Virus record (IMG/VR): IMGVR_UViG_3300006217_002764
Length of the DNA: 64,000 nt
Source of the DNA: a virus
Lineage: Duplodnaviria; Heunggongvirae; Uroviricota; Caudoviricetes
Direction: 5' to 3' (one strand)
Shown here: one piece after another, positions 29,073-37,869 of the stretch
Numbering within the stretch: the stretch's first letter is position 1
How the letters are laid out: every line of letters begins with the position of its first letter
The notes under the pieces: model-generated
What the model saw: the letters and a program-made list of their open reading frames with translations, nothing else
Database searches by the model: none
Told to the model about the DNA's origin: nothing
Position numbers and translations under genes: made by a program

Positions 29073-30362
29073 ATGTCCTCCAAAACCGGCAGCATGATCG
29101 CAGCAGGCGCCGCAGCAGCGATCGCACCAATCCTCATAATGACCACCATGACCACCAGCATGCTCTCCGGCATGGGCACCATCATCGCCACCGAAGCAGG
29201 GAACGCCGCAATCAACGCCAGTGCCGCCGATTGCGAAGAGACCACGGAAACCACCGTTGCGACGATAAGTATCGGCAAGCTGGAAGGCGACAGCACTGCC
29301 GCCCGTCTCGCGAACGCGTTCTCCAAGGCCGGGTTCTCCAAGGAAGCAACTGCGGGAATGATGGGCAATGTGCAATGGGAGTCGGGGTTCCGCGCCGATT
29401 CCATCAATGAGATCGGCGCCACGGGAATCATGCAATGGTATCCAGGCAGCAAGATCACCGACTGGTTCAACACGCAGGACGACCTCAAGGGCCGGCCGGC
29501 CACTGACGAGGAAGGCCAGATCCGCATGGCGGTGTGGGTCGGACAGGACACCAGCTCGTGGAACAATGTGTTTCTATCCAAGGCCAAGGCCGAGGGGATG
29601 CGCGCCATCGGCGACGATCTCTACCGGTCGTGGCGGGAGGCGTCCAGTCCGGAGGATGCGGCCCTCGCTTGGCATTGGGGGTTCGAACGTGCCGACGATT
29701 CGACCGGGCCACGACGGCAGACCGCCGCACGCGGTTTCTACGACAAGGGGCTGGAAGGGCTTTCATTCACTGGGAAACCCAACAGTGACAACACCGCCGA
29801 GACAACCTCAACGCGGTGCAGCACAACCAACGGAGGATCCAGTGGGAACGTCAAAGCAGGATCCGCGGGCGGTGCGCCGGATGATACCGACAATTATGCG
29901 TGGATGTGTTCCGCGATCGGCGTATGCAAGGACGGCGACGGGTTCGAAGGCAGCCCGAAAGTCAAGTATCCGCACAACGTGTCAAGGTACCAGTGCGTGT
30001 GGTATGCGTGGAACCGTCTCGGTATGATCCACGGCAACGACGGATGGGATACGGTCATGGGCAACGGTGGCGTCATCGCCTCCAATCTGCAAGGAAAACC
30101 CGGATGGACCGTGGACGGCTCTCCCCACCCCGGGGACGGAGTGAGCCAATTGGGTGGCGCATTGGGCGGGGACACGTCGGTCGGGCACGTCGCCGTCGTC
30201 GAGGATGTGAAGACGGAAGGCGGCAAATGGAAGATACGCATCAGCGAGGGCAACTGCGACGGTACCGGTGCTGGCAACTGGACCGGATACCGGACCCGTT
30301 GGCTCACACAGGACCAGTTCGCGGGCGCCCAGGTGTTCTTCCGCAACGGCGCATGGAAATAG
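29073..30362 (+). CDS. secreted/membrane cell-wall hydrolase (lysozyme-like domain plus CHAP amidase/peptidase domain)
   Basis: N-terminal hydrophobic segment and a muramidase-like region (MGNVQWESGF...IMQW). C-terminal CHAP-type Cys...His signature (QCVWYAWNRLG ... GHVAVVEDV). Confidence 0.65.
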   Translation: MSSKTGSMIAAGAAAAIAPILIMTTMTTSMLSGMGTIIATEAGNAAINASAADCEETTETTVATISIGKLEGDSTAARLANAFSKAGFSKEATAGMMGNVQWESGFRADSINEIGATGIMQWYPGSKITDWFNTQDDLKGRPATDEEGQIRMAVWVGQDTSSWNNVFLSKAKAEGMRAIGDDLYRSWREASSPEDAALAWHWGFERADDSTGPRRQTAARGFYDKGLEGLSFTGKPNSDNTAETTSTRCSTTNGGSSGNVKAGSAGGAPDDTDNYAWMCSAIGVCKDGDGFEGSPKVKYPHNVSRYQCVWYAWNRLGMIHGNDGWDTVMGNGGVIASNLQGKPGWTVDGSPHPGDGVSQLGGALGGDTSVGHVAVVEDVKTEGGKWKIRISEGNCDGTGAGNWTGYRTRWLTQDQFAGAQVFFRNGAWK

Positions 30363-30368
30363 GCGCCG

Positions 30369-31307
30369 CTAACTGGCGCATGACGCGATGCAGATGCCCA
30401 TTTTCCCAGCGTCCCACAGCGTCCAATCCACGTTGTCCATCTCGCCCATGTTCTCCACGCCGCGCAACCACCGTCCGGCCGGCAGATGAGCGAGGCCCAT
30501 GCGCGGCCGTCCTTTGACAGGGATGACTTGGCGGTGTCCGTCGCCGAGGTTGGCAGGCATGTCCTCGTCCCATTCGTTCAGATAGGGGTTGATCCACCAA
30601 TAATCAGACTTGTGGTGCTGGATCGATGTCACACGTCCGTCAGCATCGAAGGTCAGGGTGTCTTTGACCGGGTAGGTGCGCCATGCGGGGGTGATCGCAT
30701 ACCAGTCGCCGTAATGGTAGCTGTCCCCATCCTGCAACAGGATGGCGCGCACATCGCCGGTGACCTCCACTGTTCCGTCGTCAAGCACACGTGCTTGTGG
30801 CTCGCCGCTCCAACGGCTTCCGTAGGACCATGCTTCATGCGCCCACCATTGGCCCATGGAGGGTGATTGAGTGCAAGCGCCGTTCATATCCAAAGTGCAG
30901 GGGACGCTGGACGTGTCGGGGCCCCATGTGTCCTTGATGTCGAGTGAGGTGAGGCTTTTCAACGGGTTGCCGCTGATTGGGGTAGCGTGCAGTTGGTTGA
31001 GTGCTTCATCTACGTTCTTGTACGCGTATGTGGCTGCTGGCTGGTTGGCGTCCGCACCCCAATCGCGCATGGCATGTTCGACCTGCACCGCCATATTGGC
31101 ACGGGCCTGTCGTTCCTCCTCGGTCAATGAGGGTTGCTGGGGTGTGCTTTTCGCCTGCGATGGCGCCACGGTTGACACAGAGGGTGACGCAGACGAGGAC
31201 GGGTTCTCTCGGGTGGCGGTGCTCAGGATCACCCCCACAATGATGGCCGTCAAGGCGATGATCGCGATGACGGCCGAGGTTTTCTTTCCGTTACCCATAC
31301 ACGTCAT
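30369..31307 (-). CDS. membrane-anchored hypothetical protein
   Basis: N-terminal TM helix AVIAIIALTAIIVGVIL followed by a Ser/Pro-rich linker. Confidence 0.5.
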   Translation of the reverse strand: MTCMGNGKKTSAVIAIIALTAIIVGVILSTATRENPSSSASPSVSTVAPSQAKSTPQQPSLTEEERQARANMAVQVEHAMRDWGADANQPAATYAYKNVDEALNQLHATPISGNPLKSLTSLDIKDTWGPDTSSVPCTLDMNGACTQSPSMGQWWAHEAWSYGSRWSGEPQARVLDDGTVEVTGDVRAILLQDGDSYHYGDWYAITPAWRTYPVKDTLTFDADGRVTSIQHHKSDYWWINPYLNEWDEDMPANLGDGHRQVIPVKGRPRMGLAHLPAGRWLRGVENMGEMDNVDWTLWDAGKMGICIASCAS

Positions 31308-31717
31308 CCCTTGGCGGGGCGAACAATGTGTTTGATGGCGCTCGATGGGATGTAGACGTCTGAACCGTTGACGGCGCGGACATGGGTGAGCTTGGAGGCT
31401 TCGAAGTCAACCGGTTCATCGACGGTGACCGATGCGCCATCGTCAAGGATGACGCGCGTCATACCCTGTGTCTGCTCAACCGGGATGATGCTTACTGTAT
31501 CGAGAACAGCTTGTGTGGGGACAACGCGCAGTCCGGGGGTGAACATGTCATGGCCAAAGAAGGGTGGGCGTAGGCAATCAGGTTCCTCATTCCAGCGGAT
31601 GTCCCCGGCTTCGTTGATGCCCGTGACGTTGATGACGGTCTCTATGTAGCCTTTGAGGGGATTGACCCAAGCAACCAGATAGGCGCCGGTGTGGTCGATG
31701 GTTTTGCTGTCGATCAT
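31304..31717 (-). CDS. hypothetical protein
   Basis: 137 aa. Promoter motif at 31738-31768 immediately upstream. Confidence 0.5.
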   Translation of the reverse strand: MIDSKTIDHTGAYLVAWVNPLKGYIETVINVTGINEAGDIRWNEEPDCLRPPFFGHDMFTPGLRVVPTQAVLDTVSIIPVEQTQGMTRVILDDGASVTVDEPVDFEASKLTHVRAVNGSDVYIPSSAIKHIVRPAKG

Positions 31718-31830
31718 ATGTGTGACCCTTTCCGTGGTTTGTGGACAAGTTCAGTGTAGCATATTATGGATGTAATGCCGGTATAGGCCAGTACAATAAA
31801 CAACCAACGCAACCCGATGGGAGGGCGGAC

Positions 31831-32802
31831 GTGACTACAAAGAAAACCGATGGGAAACACAGCGGCAAACCACCGATCCCGATGACCATGCGGCAACTCG
31901 AACTCGCCGCCGACATCGACACGCATACCCCCACACCGCAACAGGTCGGCTACGGTCATTCGATTCTCACCGCGACCCTTTACCCCGCCGTCCCCCCGGC
32001 GCCCGGCACTGACTTCGTCTCCAAACGCAACGGCAGTTTCGAATACATGCTCGAGGCGGGCGTGGATGAAGAGACCCATGAACGAGATTTCCCATATGGC
32101 AAATACCCGAGGCTCATCATGGCGTGGATGGCGAAACAGATACGTTCCGCTCATGGCCATAGGACGGACACGGTGGACCCCGAGACGAGGACCATCACCA
32201 TCCCCACCATCAACCGCCTATGTGACGAGATGGGTGTGGGACATGGCGGCAAGACCGCAGAAGCGGTGCAGGAGCAGTTGAGGCGATTGCTTGCGGCGCG
32301 CATCAGCGTCCGCCGTCGTGGGGGCTTCTCCGAGCGGAAGGGCAACAAGGTCAGCCAGATCCTCTACCTGCCGTTCGCCCGCGCCATCGAGTATACGGAC
32401 GATGAGCGGGGGCGTGCCTATTCGGGTGCGAGGTTCATATTGACGGAGGACGCGTATGAACGGCTTAAATTGGAGAGTGCCCCGTTTGACACGAGGGTCA
32501 GCGAGTATCTGTTGGCAGGACGTTCTGTGATGCCGTATGACCTGTATCTGTGGCTCAACGGGTCGATGGCGGGGTTGACCCATCCGGTCACGGTGTCATG
32601 GGAATGGCTGTATGAGCAGTTCGGTGATGGGATTGCGAGTATGAGCCGGTTCAAGGCGACGTTCAAGCGTGCGTTGGCGAAGGTGCTGGAGGTGTATCCG
32701 GCTGCGAATGTGTCGGTTCCCCCGCGGGGCGAGGGTGTGGTGCTCAAGCCGTCGTTGACAAGTGTGGAGATGCGTGATCCGAAACATGGTTTGTCGCGAT
32801 AG
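31831..32802 (+). CDS. putative replication initiator (Rep-like DNA-binding protein)
   Basis: GTG start after RBS GGGAGGG. The gene ends inside the first iteron copy and is followed by a tandem iteron array and an AT-rich stretch. No catalytic motif. Confidence 0.45.
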   Translation: MTTKKTDGKHSGKPPIPMTMRQLELAADIDTHTPTPQQVGYGHSILTATLYPAVPPAPGTDFVSKRNGSFEYMLEAGVDEETHERDFPYGKYPRLIMAWMAKQIRSAHGHRTDTVDPETRTITIPTINRLCDEMGVGHGGKTAEAVQEQLRRLLAARISVRRRGGFSERKGNKVSQILYLPFARAIEYTDDERGRAYSGARFILTEDAYERLKLESAPFDTRVSEYLLAGRSVMPYDLYLWLNGSMAGLTHPVTVSWEWLYEQFGDGIASMSRFKATFKRALAKVLEVYPAANVSVPPRGEGVVLKPSLTSVEMRDPKHGLSR

Positions 32803-33020
32803 TCCCCACGTTGAGCAGAGATTCTTGTTGCAATACCGTCCAGCTTGCTTTCTGGGGCCAGTGAACTGGGTTATTTAGTGGAGCAGCTGCTTGATGGACA
32901 CAAGATACGGGAGCACAAGGGGACTATCGCGATAAAAACAAACACGGAAAGACCGTCACGCACAGCTCCATAGCAATATTTCATGCCCTGCCGCAAGATT
33001 GAGGGGACTATCGCGACAGG
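32797..33020. repeat. iteron copies (one direct, two inverted) flanking the rep gene 3' end
   Basis: TTTGTCGCGATAGTCCCCAC at 32797, with inverted copies GGGGACTATCGCGA at about 32911 and 33003. Confidence 0.6.
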
Positions 33021-33028
33021 ACGCCCAT

Positions 33029-33541
33029 TCAGGACGCGGCAACACCGTAGTCATCGATATCCTCGACATCAGCCTCGCTGCGCCCTTCGGAAGCATTCGA
33101 CTCCCCGATCTCAGGACGACTGCCGTCAGAACCCTCAAAAACGCCCTCCTGAGCCCCTTTCCCGGCAAATACGGTAAACAACACCAAGAGCAGAAGAAAA
33201 ACGATTCCAGAAGCGATTACAGCAAGAACAAGCCCTGAAGACCACGACGACGAGAACAACCAATCAACAAACGAACCATCCACCACCTCCGAAGCCGATT
33301 CAGGATCATCCTCAAGCAACGAAGAGCGAACCGACGACACATCTGCCAAATGAGACAACCACCCCACCATCGGAGCCCCCACCGTGGCCCCAACGCTTCC
33401 AATCCAACACAGAAGCCTATAACGGGCAACCCAACGTGAACACACTGAGAACATACGACGCATGGAAACCACCTCGATACCGTTGCCGTCAAGACGTAGG
33501 ATTCGAAACCAGGAAACGAACCACCACAGCATCCACGCCAT
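33029..33541 (-). CDS. hypothetical membrane protein
   Basis: ORF with a strong TM helix GIVFLLLLVLFTVFAG. The call is uncertain because the region is repeat-rich. Confidence 0.35.
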   Translation of the reverse strand: MAWMLWWFVSWFRILRLDGNGIEVVSMRRMFSVCSRWVARYRLLCWIGSVGATVGAPMVGWLSHLADVSSVRSSLLEDDPESASEVVDGSFVDWLFSSSWSSGLVLAVIASGIVFLLLLVLFTVFAGKGAQEGVFEGSDGSRPEIGESNASEGRSEADVEDIDDYGVAAS

Positions 33542-33659
33542 CCCCGCTCACGCCGAAGGCGGATCAAGCGAACAGGGGTTCGAGGGGCGCTTCCGATAGG
33601 TTTGACATGAACGATATCGGGTGCGCGCTGAGCATGGTCTACGGCACTCGGTTTTTCGA

Positions 33660-33720
33660 ATTTCTCGCCAACTATTATATATATTACTATATTACACTAT
33701 TAGGGGGTGCCCTGAGGTCA
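33660..33720. other. AT-rich stretch (candidate DNA-unwinding element of oriV)
   Basis: tttcgaatttctcgccaactattatatatattactatattacactatta in an otherwise 60% GC background, directly before the iterons. Confidence 0.45.
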
Positions 33721-33736
33721 ATCGGCAGTAGGGCTG

Positions 33737-33897
33737 AGGTGGAATCGTTTGTCGCGATAGTCCCCATGTTTTGTCGCGATAGTCCCCATTTTCATTCGCG
33801 ATAGTCCCCATTTTCATTCGCGATAGTCCCCACGGTTTTGGCCCCTAACCCCCTGTTTGTCGCGATGGTCCCCATAGTTTTGTCGCGATAGTCCCCA
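33737..33897 (+). repeat. iteron array, 6 direct copies of TTTGTCGCGATAGTCCCCAT at 22-24 bp spacing
   Basis: Copies at about 33740, 33762, 33786, 33809, 33852 and 33876, with minor variants (TTCATTCGCGATAGTCCCCA, GCGATGGTCCCCA). Confidence 0.7.
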
Positions 33898-34096
33898 TAA
33901 TTCAAAAGTTATCCACATTGGTGCAAAGAATGATGCAGCAGTAAGCGTAAGCCTGTGGATAAAGGACGCATGTCCGCGGCGGCAGCGATCTTCCTCAAAA
34001 CTCGGGGCGTGCTGCAAAACACTATATGCTATACTGAACGTATCCACAAAACCCATGGCCTCCACAGGCCCATACCGAAAAGGAACCCATGCAACC

Positions 34097-34438
34097 ATGG
34101 ACACCGCATCCGACCTCATCCGACAATTGCACATCACCATCGCACCGGAAAACAACCTAACCACAATGGGTCTGCTCCACCACGCCCAACTCCGGCGCCA
34201 ACGCGAACACATCACCTGCCCCGAGCACAACGTGGACAACCACACGCGAGAACGCTGGGCTGTCGATTACATCCGCCACAAACTCACCAACTACGACGAA
34301 ATCGTAGCCAGATCCGACAGCCAACGAACCGCCAGCCGGATCAAGAACGCCGTGCTTGAACTCATCGCACGCACCTACCCCACCTACCGGAACGCATGCC
34401 AGATGCAACGCGTCCCCATCCCTGGCGTCGCCGCCTAA
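34097..34438 (+). CDS. hypothetical protein
   Basis: Start MDTASD chosen downstream of the promoter motif at 34023-34052. Confidence 0.4.
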   Translation: MDTASDLIRQLHITIAPENNLTTMGLLHHAQLRRQREHITCPEHNVDNHTRERWAVDYIRHKLTNYDEIVARSDSQRTASRIKNAVLELIARTYPTYRNACQMQRVPIPGVAA

Positions 34439-34465
34439 ACACCATCCATAAAAGCAAGGACACAT

Positions 34466-34936
34466 ATGCCACACTTGGGAACACTCGATTACTCCACCAT
34501 CTCCGTCTCTGCATACGGGCGGGCCACGCCGCGCAAACAAGACACCAACAGGCTGCGCGGCGCACTCTTCCACACTTCATACGAACCCCAATACGACACA
34601 GATGGGAAACAGCTCCCCCTCTACGCTTGCGTCAACCGACTCCTCATGTTCTTCGGACACGAACCTATCGACATCGACAGGATCGAACGCGAATACTACA
34701 AGGTATGCAACATGATGCACATTGACCTACCGGAAGACCCTGTACCCTATCAGAAATGCGAAGATTGCGCGTACACACAGGTCGCGGCTATCACCTTCGC
34801 CAACCGGATCATTCACGCCATGCCCGACGACAAGATCACTCCACGGCGCGAGCACAGCATGGCCATCAACTTCATCGACATGGACAAGCCGTACACGGAG
34901 CGTGCAGCCCGCCGACACCTCAAGGAAGCCAATTGA
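34466..34936 (+). CDS. hypothetical Cys-containing protein
   Basis: 156-aa ORF. Confidence 0.45.
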   Translation: MPHLGTLDYSTISVSAYGRATPRKQDTNRLRGALFHTSYEPQYDTDGKQLPLYACVNRLLMFFGHEPIDIDRIEREYYKVCNMMHIDLPEDPVPYQKCEDCAYTQVAAITFANRIIHAMPDDKITPRREHSMAINFIDMDKPYTERAARRHLKEAN

Positions 34937-35688
34937 CACCGGAACACGAAGCGAGGCGGACCATTGAATCCGCAAGACGGCAAAGCCGAGCCATCGCCAG
35001 CCGTTCCACCCCACTCAGGGCGATTGAATGGCTTCTTGAAATGGAGTCCAACATCGCACGATTGATGGGGACGCTCGTCGCACATGCCATCAGTGACGGG
35101 TGTGATGTGCGGATGGTGGCCGCCGCGCTCCGCGTGTCGGAAAACACCGTGCGCAACAAGTGGGGAAGCCAGATCGAACAAGCACGAGACGGACGCCTAG
35201 CGTCTCTAAGCCAAGCGCACTATCCGTCCCTGTGGGAACAGCGGTTGGTGGAACAAGCCAAACGCATCAACACCGAAGACCCGAATCAGGCTCTCGAATG
35301 GATCCGCAGTGTATTCGCGCAATGGTTGGTACTGCTCGACAACTGGGTTCAGACAGCATTCGAACACGGGTATGGCGTCAAGGACATCGCCGGCATCATG
35401 GGTATTGAGCCGGCCACCGTGTCTCGAAAATACAAGACGGCCATCGCGCGTGCGAACTTGGCGCGAACCCGTGCCGAGGCATTCCCCGTACCCATCCTCC
35501 CCCATTGGCGCGCCTTCCAGCATGATTGCTACCAGCAAGGGGTCAAGGCAACCATTGCTGCGTTTGCCTCCAAATACCCACAGGCGAATTATTCAGCGGT
35601 ATGGCGCGCGATCCATCGAGAGCTCTGCGCTTCCGTCGACGACCCATGCCAAGCTGTGGGCGACCGAAAGGATCCTCCGCGAACATGA
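34933..35688 (+). CDS. DNA-binding regulator with two sigma-70 region-4-like HTH segments
   Basis: TTG start overlapping the previous stop. HTH-like segments VSENTVRNKW and IMGIEPATVSRKYKTAI. Confidence 0.45.
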   Translation: MTPEHEARRTIESARRQSRAIASRSTPLRAIEWLLEMESNIARLMGTLVAHAISDGCDVRMVAAALRVSENTVRNKWGSQIEQARDGRLASLSQAHYPSLWEQRLVEQAKRINTEDPNQALEWIRSVFAQWLVLLDNWVQTAFEHGYGVKDIAGIMGIEPATVSRKYKTAIARANLARTRAEAFPVPILPHWRAFQHDCYQQGVKATIAAFASKYPQANYSAVWRAIHRELCASVDDPCQAVGDRKDPPRT

Positions 35689-35909
35689 ACCGTGACCCCC
35701 GCAGCCTCGACCCGTTGGCACTCCCCCTGCACCAATATGTCATGCTCGACACCGAAACCACCGGATTGGATCCGAGGACGGGGGCAAGACTGCTGGAGAT
35801 CGGCATCCTACAAGGTGAATCCCCAGCCGTGGTAGAAGACGTCTCCGATGTGTGGTGTGCGGGTGGTGGTGTTCATGGCGTCGCTCCTTGGTGCATGGGT
35901 TTTCGTTGA
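35688..35909 (+). pseudogene. N-terminal fragment of a DEDD (DnaQ-like) 3'-5' exonuclease
   Basis: Exo I motif VMLDTETTGLDPRTGARLLEIGIL, then the ORF ends after 74 aa. The truncation point coincides with a copy of the second conserved promoter/5'UTR motif. Confidence 0.45.
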
Positions 35910-35950
35910 CAAAACTAACTATAGTCCAATCAGTTTATTCAAGCAAGTTT
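35884..35950 (-). promoter_or_regulatory. conserved promoter/5'UTR palindrome motif (type 2), minus-strand copy
   Basis: Minus-strand reading gives ctgattggacTATAGTtagttttgtcaacgaaaaccc...AAGGAG and an ATG opening a 22-codon micro-ORF. Confidence 0.45.
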
Positions 35951-36061
35951 CGGAGCGTCGCGGTGGCACAAGGGCACGATAAATGTGAACCATATATATT
36001 ACATGTGTATATGGAGAGCAGCGCGTTTCCGTGCGACATGCCGAATCTTGTATATGTATAC

Positions 36062-36114
36062 TGATTGGGCTATAGTAGTGTTTGTCAACGAAAACACCAC
36101 ACAAGGAGAAGCGC
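36062..36114 (+). promoter_or_regulatory. conserved promoter/5'UTR palindrome motif (type 2)
   Basis: ctgattgggcTATAGTagtGTGTTTgtcaacgAAAACACcacaCAAGGAGaagcgcATG. Confidence 0.5.
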
Positions 36115-36636
36115 ATGAACCCCGCGACCAACCCCAACAACACCGCCGGCACCGAGTTCGCCCGCGTGCATGACTACCTGCACGGCCGCCGCCCCTTAGA
36201 TGCTAGCCTCGCTTCTGTCGCGGCGTCCATGCTGTCCATGCGGCTGGCCGTGCGCGACGCGCTCATTCTCGCGGCCATACGCCCCGACGCGGTGGACGCG
36301 GACACGATGTACGCATTCGCATTCACCCCGCACGAGCCGCACACCGCGACGCTCATGAGCCGCCTGCTCACCAATGCATTCGACACCGGCGACGGCTACG
36401 AGCCACAGGTCATCGAACGGTTCGACGAACTCGTAAAGGCCGCGTCAAACGAACAGGACGCGCCGGCCGCGCAATGCCTCGCCGTGCGCGCCTACCTCGC
36501 ATGGTGGCAGCGCGACAGGGACACCGCGATGCGCTACGCAGTCGAAGCGTTGGACATCAGCGAGGATTGCACGCTCGCGGCCATCGTGCTCGCCGCCTTC
36601 TCCCGCGGTATCCTGCCGCGCGGTCAGGAGCGATGA
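36115..36636 (+). CDS. hypothetical protein
   Basis: ATG 7 nt after the conserved AAGGAG. Confidence 0.5.
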   Translation: MNPATNPNNTAGTEFARVHDYLHGRRPLDASLASVAASMLSMRLAVRDALILAAIRPDAVDADTMYAFAFTPHEPHTATLMSRLLTNAFDTGDGYEPQVIERFDELVKAASNEQDAPAAQCLAVRAYLAWWQRDRDTAMRYAVEALDISEDCTLAAIVLAAFSRGILPRGQER

Positions 36637-36885
36637 CATAGATCGGCCCTGTTTCGGCGGAGTGCGACCCGGCCCCCTCTTGTCGCGAAAGACAGGGAGG
36701 GGCCGGTCGCGTTTCCTGCTGCCTGGGTAGTGTTCGCCAACGGATTCGACTGTAGCGTTGTCGGGATATTCGTTCGGGTTCGCGAAAGATGCCATGTCAC
36801 TTGTGTTCGCGGGGTTCTTCGTTGATATGATTGCTGTGGGCGTGGATTACTGGAGGCGTGAGCGACGCGCCAAGACTTGAGTTAA

Positions 36886-36944
36886 TACTCTGATTGAGCT
36901 ATAGTGGTGTTTGTCAACGAAAACACCGCCCAAGGAGCAACACC
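36886..36944 (+). promoter_or_regulatory. conserved promoter/5'UTR palindrome motif (type 2)
   Basis: ctgattgagcTATAGTggtGTGTTTgtcaacgAAAACACcgccCAAGGAG. Confidence 0.5.
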
Positions 36945-37274
36945 ATGAAGACCCTCACCTACCATGCCGACACCCACACCACCATCATCAACGAATGCGA
37001 CGAAGATAATGCCCTCGCCCACCTTCAGCACGAGGTCGGCGGATACGTCGAACACGTGGACGCCTCCCCGTTGGGTGTCGACGGACTCGACATCTGGATC
37101 AACGACATGGGCGCCGCCGACGGACTGCCGTACGCTTTCAGCCTGCCCCACCCTGGCGGTCGCGTGGACCTGTTCGGCAATGTCGTGTTCACCCGCTGCG
37201 ACGAATATGGCGACACCATCGGCCTGACCGACGGCGACATCAAGGCGCTTGAGGCCAAGCTGCACGCGGCGTAA
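36945..37274 (+). CDS. hypothetical protein
   Basis: 109-aa ORF driven by the type-2 motif. Confidence 0.5.
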   Translation: MKTLTYHADTHTTIINECDEDNALAHLQHEVGGYVEHVDASPLGVDGLDIWINDMGAADGLPYAFSLPHPGGRVDLFGNVVFTRCDEYGDTIGLTDGDIKALEAKLHAA

Positions 37275-37392
37275 GCCCATAGGATGACTGTGCCGGATAC
37301 GGGAAAGGGGCGCCGCGGCGCCCCCAGTGAACTTTTTCCGCGGACTTGGCGGATAAGCTGTATACCATTGTACCCGGAAAGGAAGGTGGCGC

Positions 37393-37785
37393 ATGGTTGC
37401 CGACCCACAGATCACAGTGGAACACACCGAAGACGGCGTGCTGCTCACGATCACTGACGCCGCGAGGCTCTCGCTGCCATTGTCCGCCTCCATGGCACAC
37501 ACCTTGGCGACGATGATCGACACATGCATGAAGACAGGCGAACGGCAGACTACTGGTTCGGTGGACGTGTGGCGCGCCCGCCCCGGCGCCTACGGGCTGC
37601 ACCTTGTGGTCAACAGGGTATCGTGGACGTGCCCGGCAATGGAATCATGGGCGATCGAGGAGATCGCCGACGGCTTGGAGGCGGTGCCGTTGGAGGACGG
37701 GAAGCGGGGTCGCACCTTGCTTGACGAGCTCTCCGCAGAAGTGAACCCGGAGGACATGCTTGACAATCCGTTGAGGCGCGAGTAG
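37393..37785 (+). CDS. hypothetical protein
   Basis: 130-aa ORF. Confidence 0.45.
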   Translation: MVADPQITVEHTEDGVLLTITDAARLSLPLSASMAHTLATMIDTCMKTGERQTTGSVDVWRARPGAYGLHLVVNRVSWTCPAMESWAIEEIADGLEAVPLEDGKRGRTLLDELSAEVNPEDMLDNPLRRE

Positions 37786-37869
37786 GGCGCCAGACCTCGC
37801 TGCCGGCGGGTGGCTCCCGGTGGGCTTCGAGCGCTGTATATAATGTGATAGGAAAGGACAACGTGGAGC

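Noticed and set aside
31741-31830. Upstream extension of the Rep-like ORF starting at ATG 31741
   Set aside because: The extension would include the conserved minus-strand promoter motif at 31738-31768. GTG at 31831 with RBS GGGAGGG is a better start.
32956-33238. Small ORFs inside the iteron/origin region
   Set aside because: They overlap inverted iteron copies. The region is more plausibly a protein-binding origin than coding.
36660-36880. Terminator-like hairpin downstream of 36115..36636 (ccggccccctcttgtcgcgaaagacagggaggggccgg)
   Set aside because: Good GC stem but no clear U-tract. It may be an intrinsic terminator, but I cannot support it.
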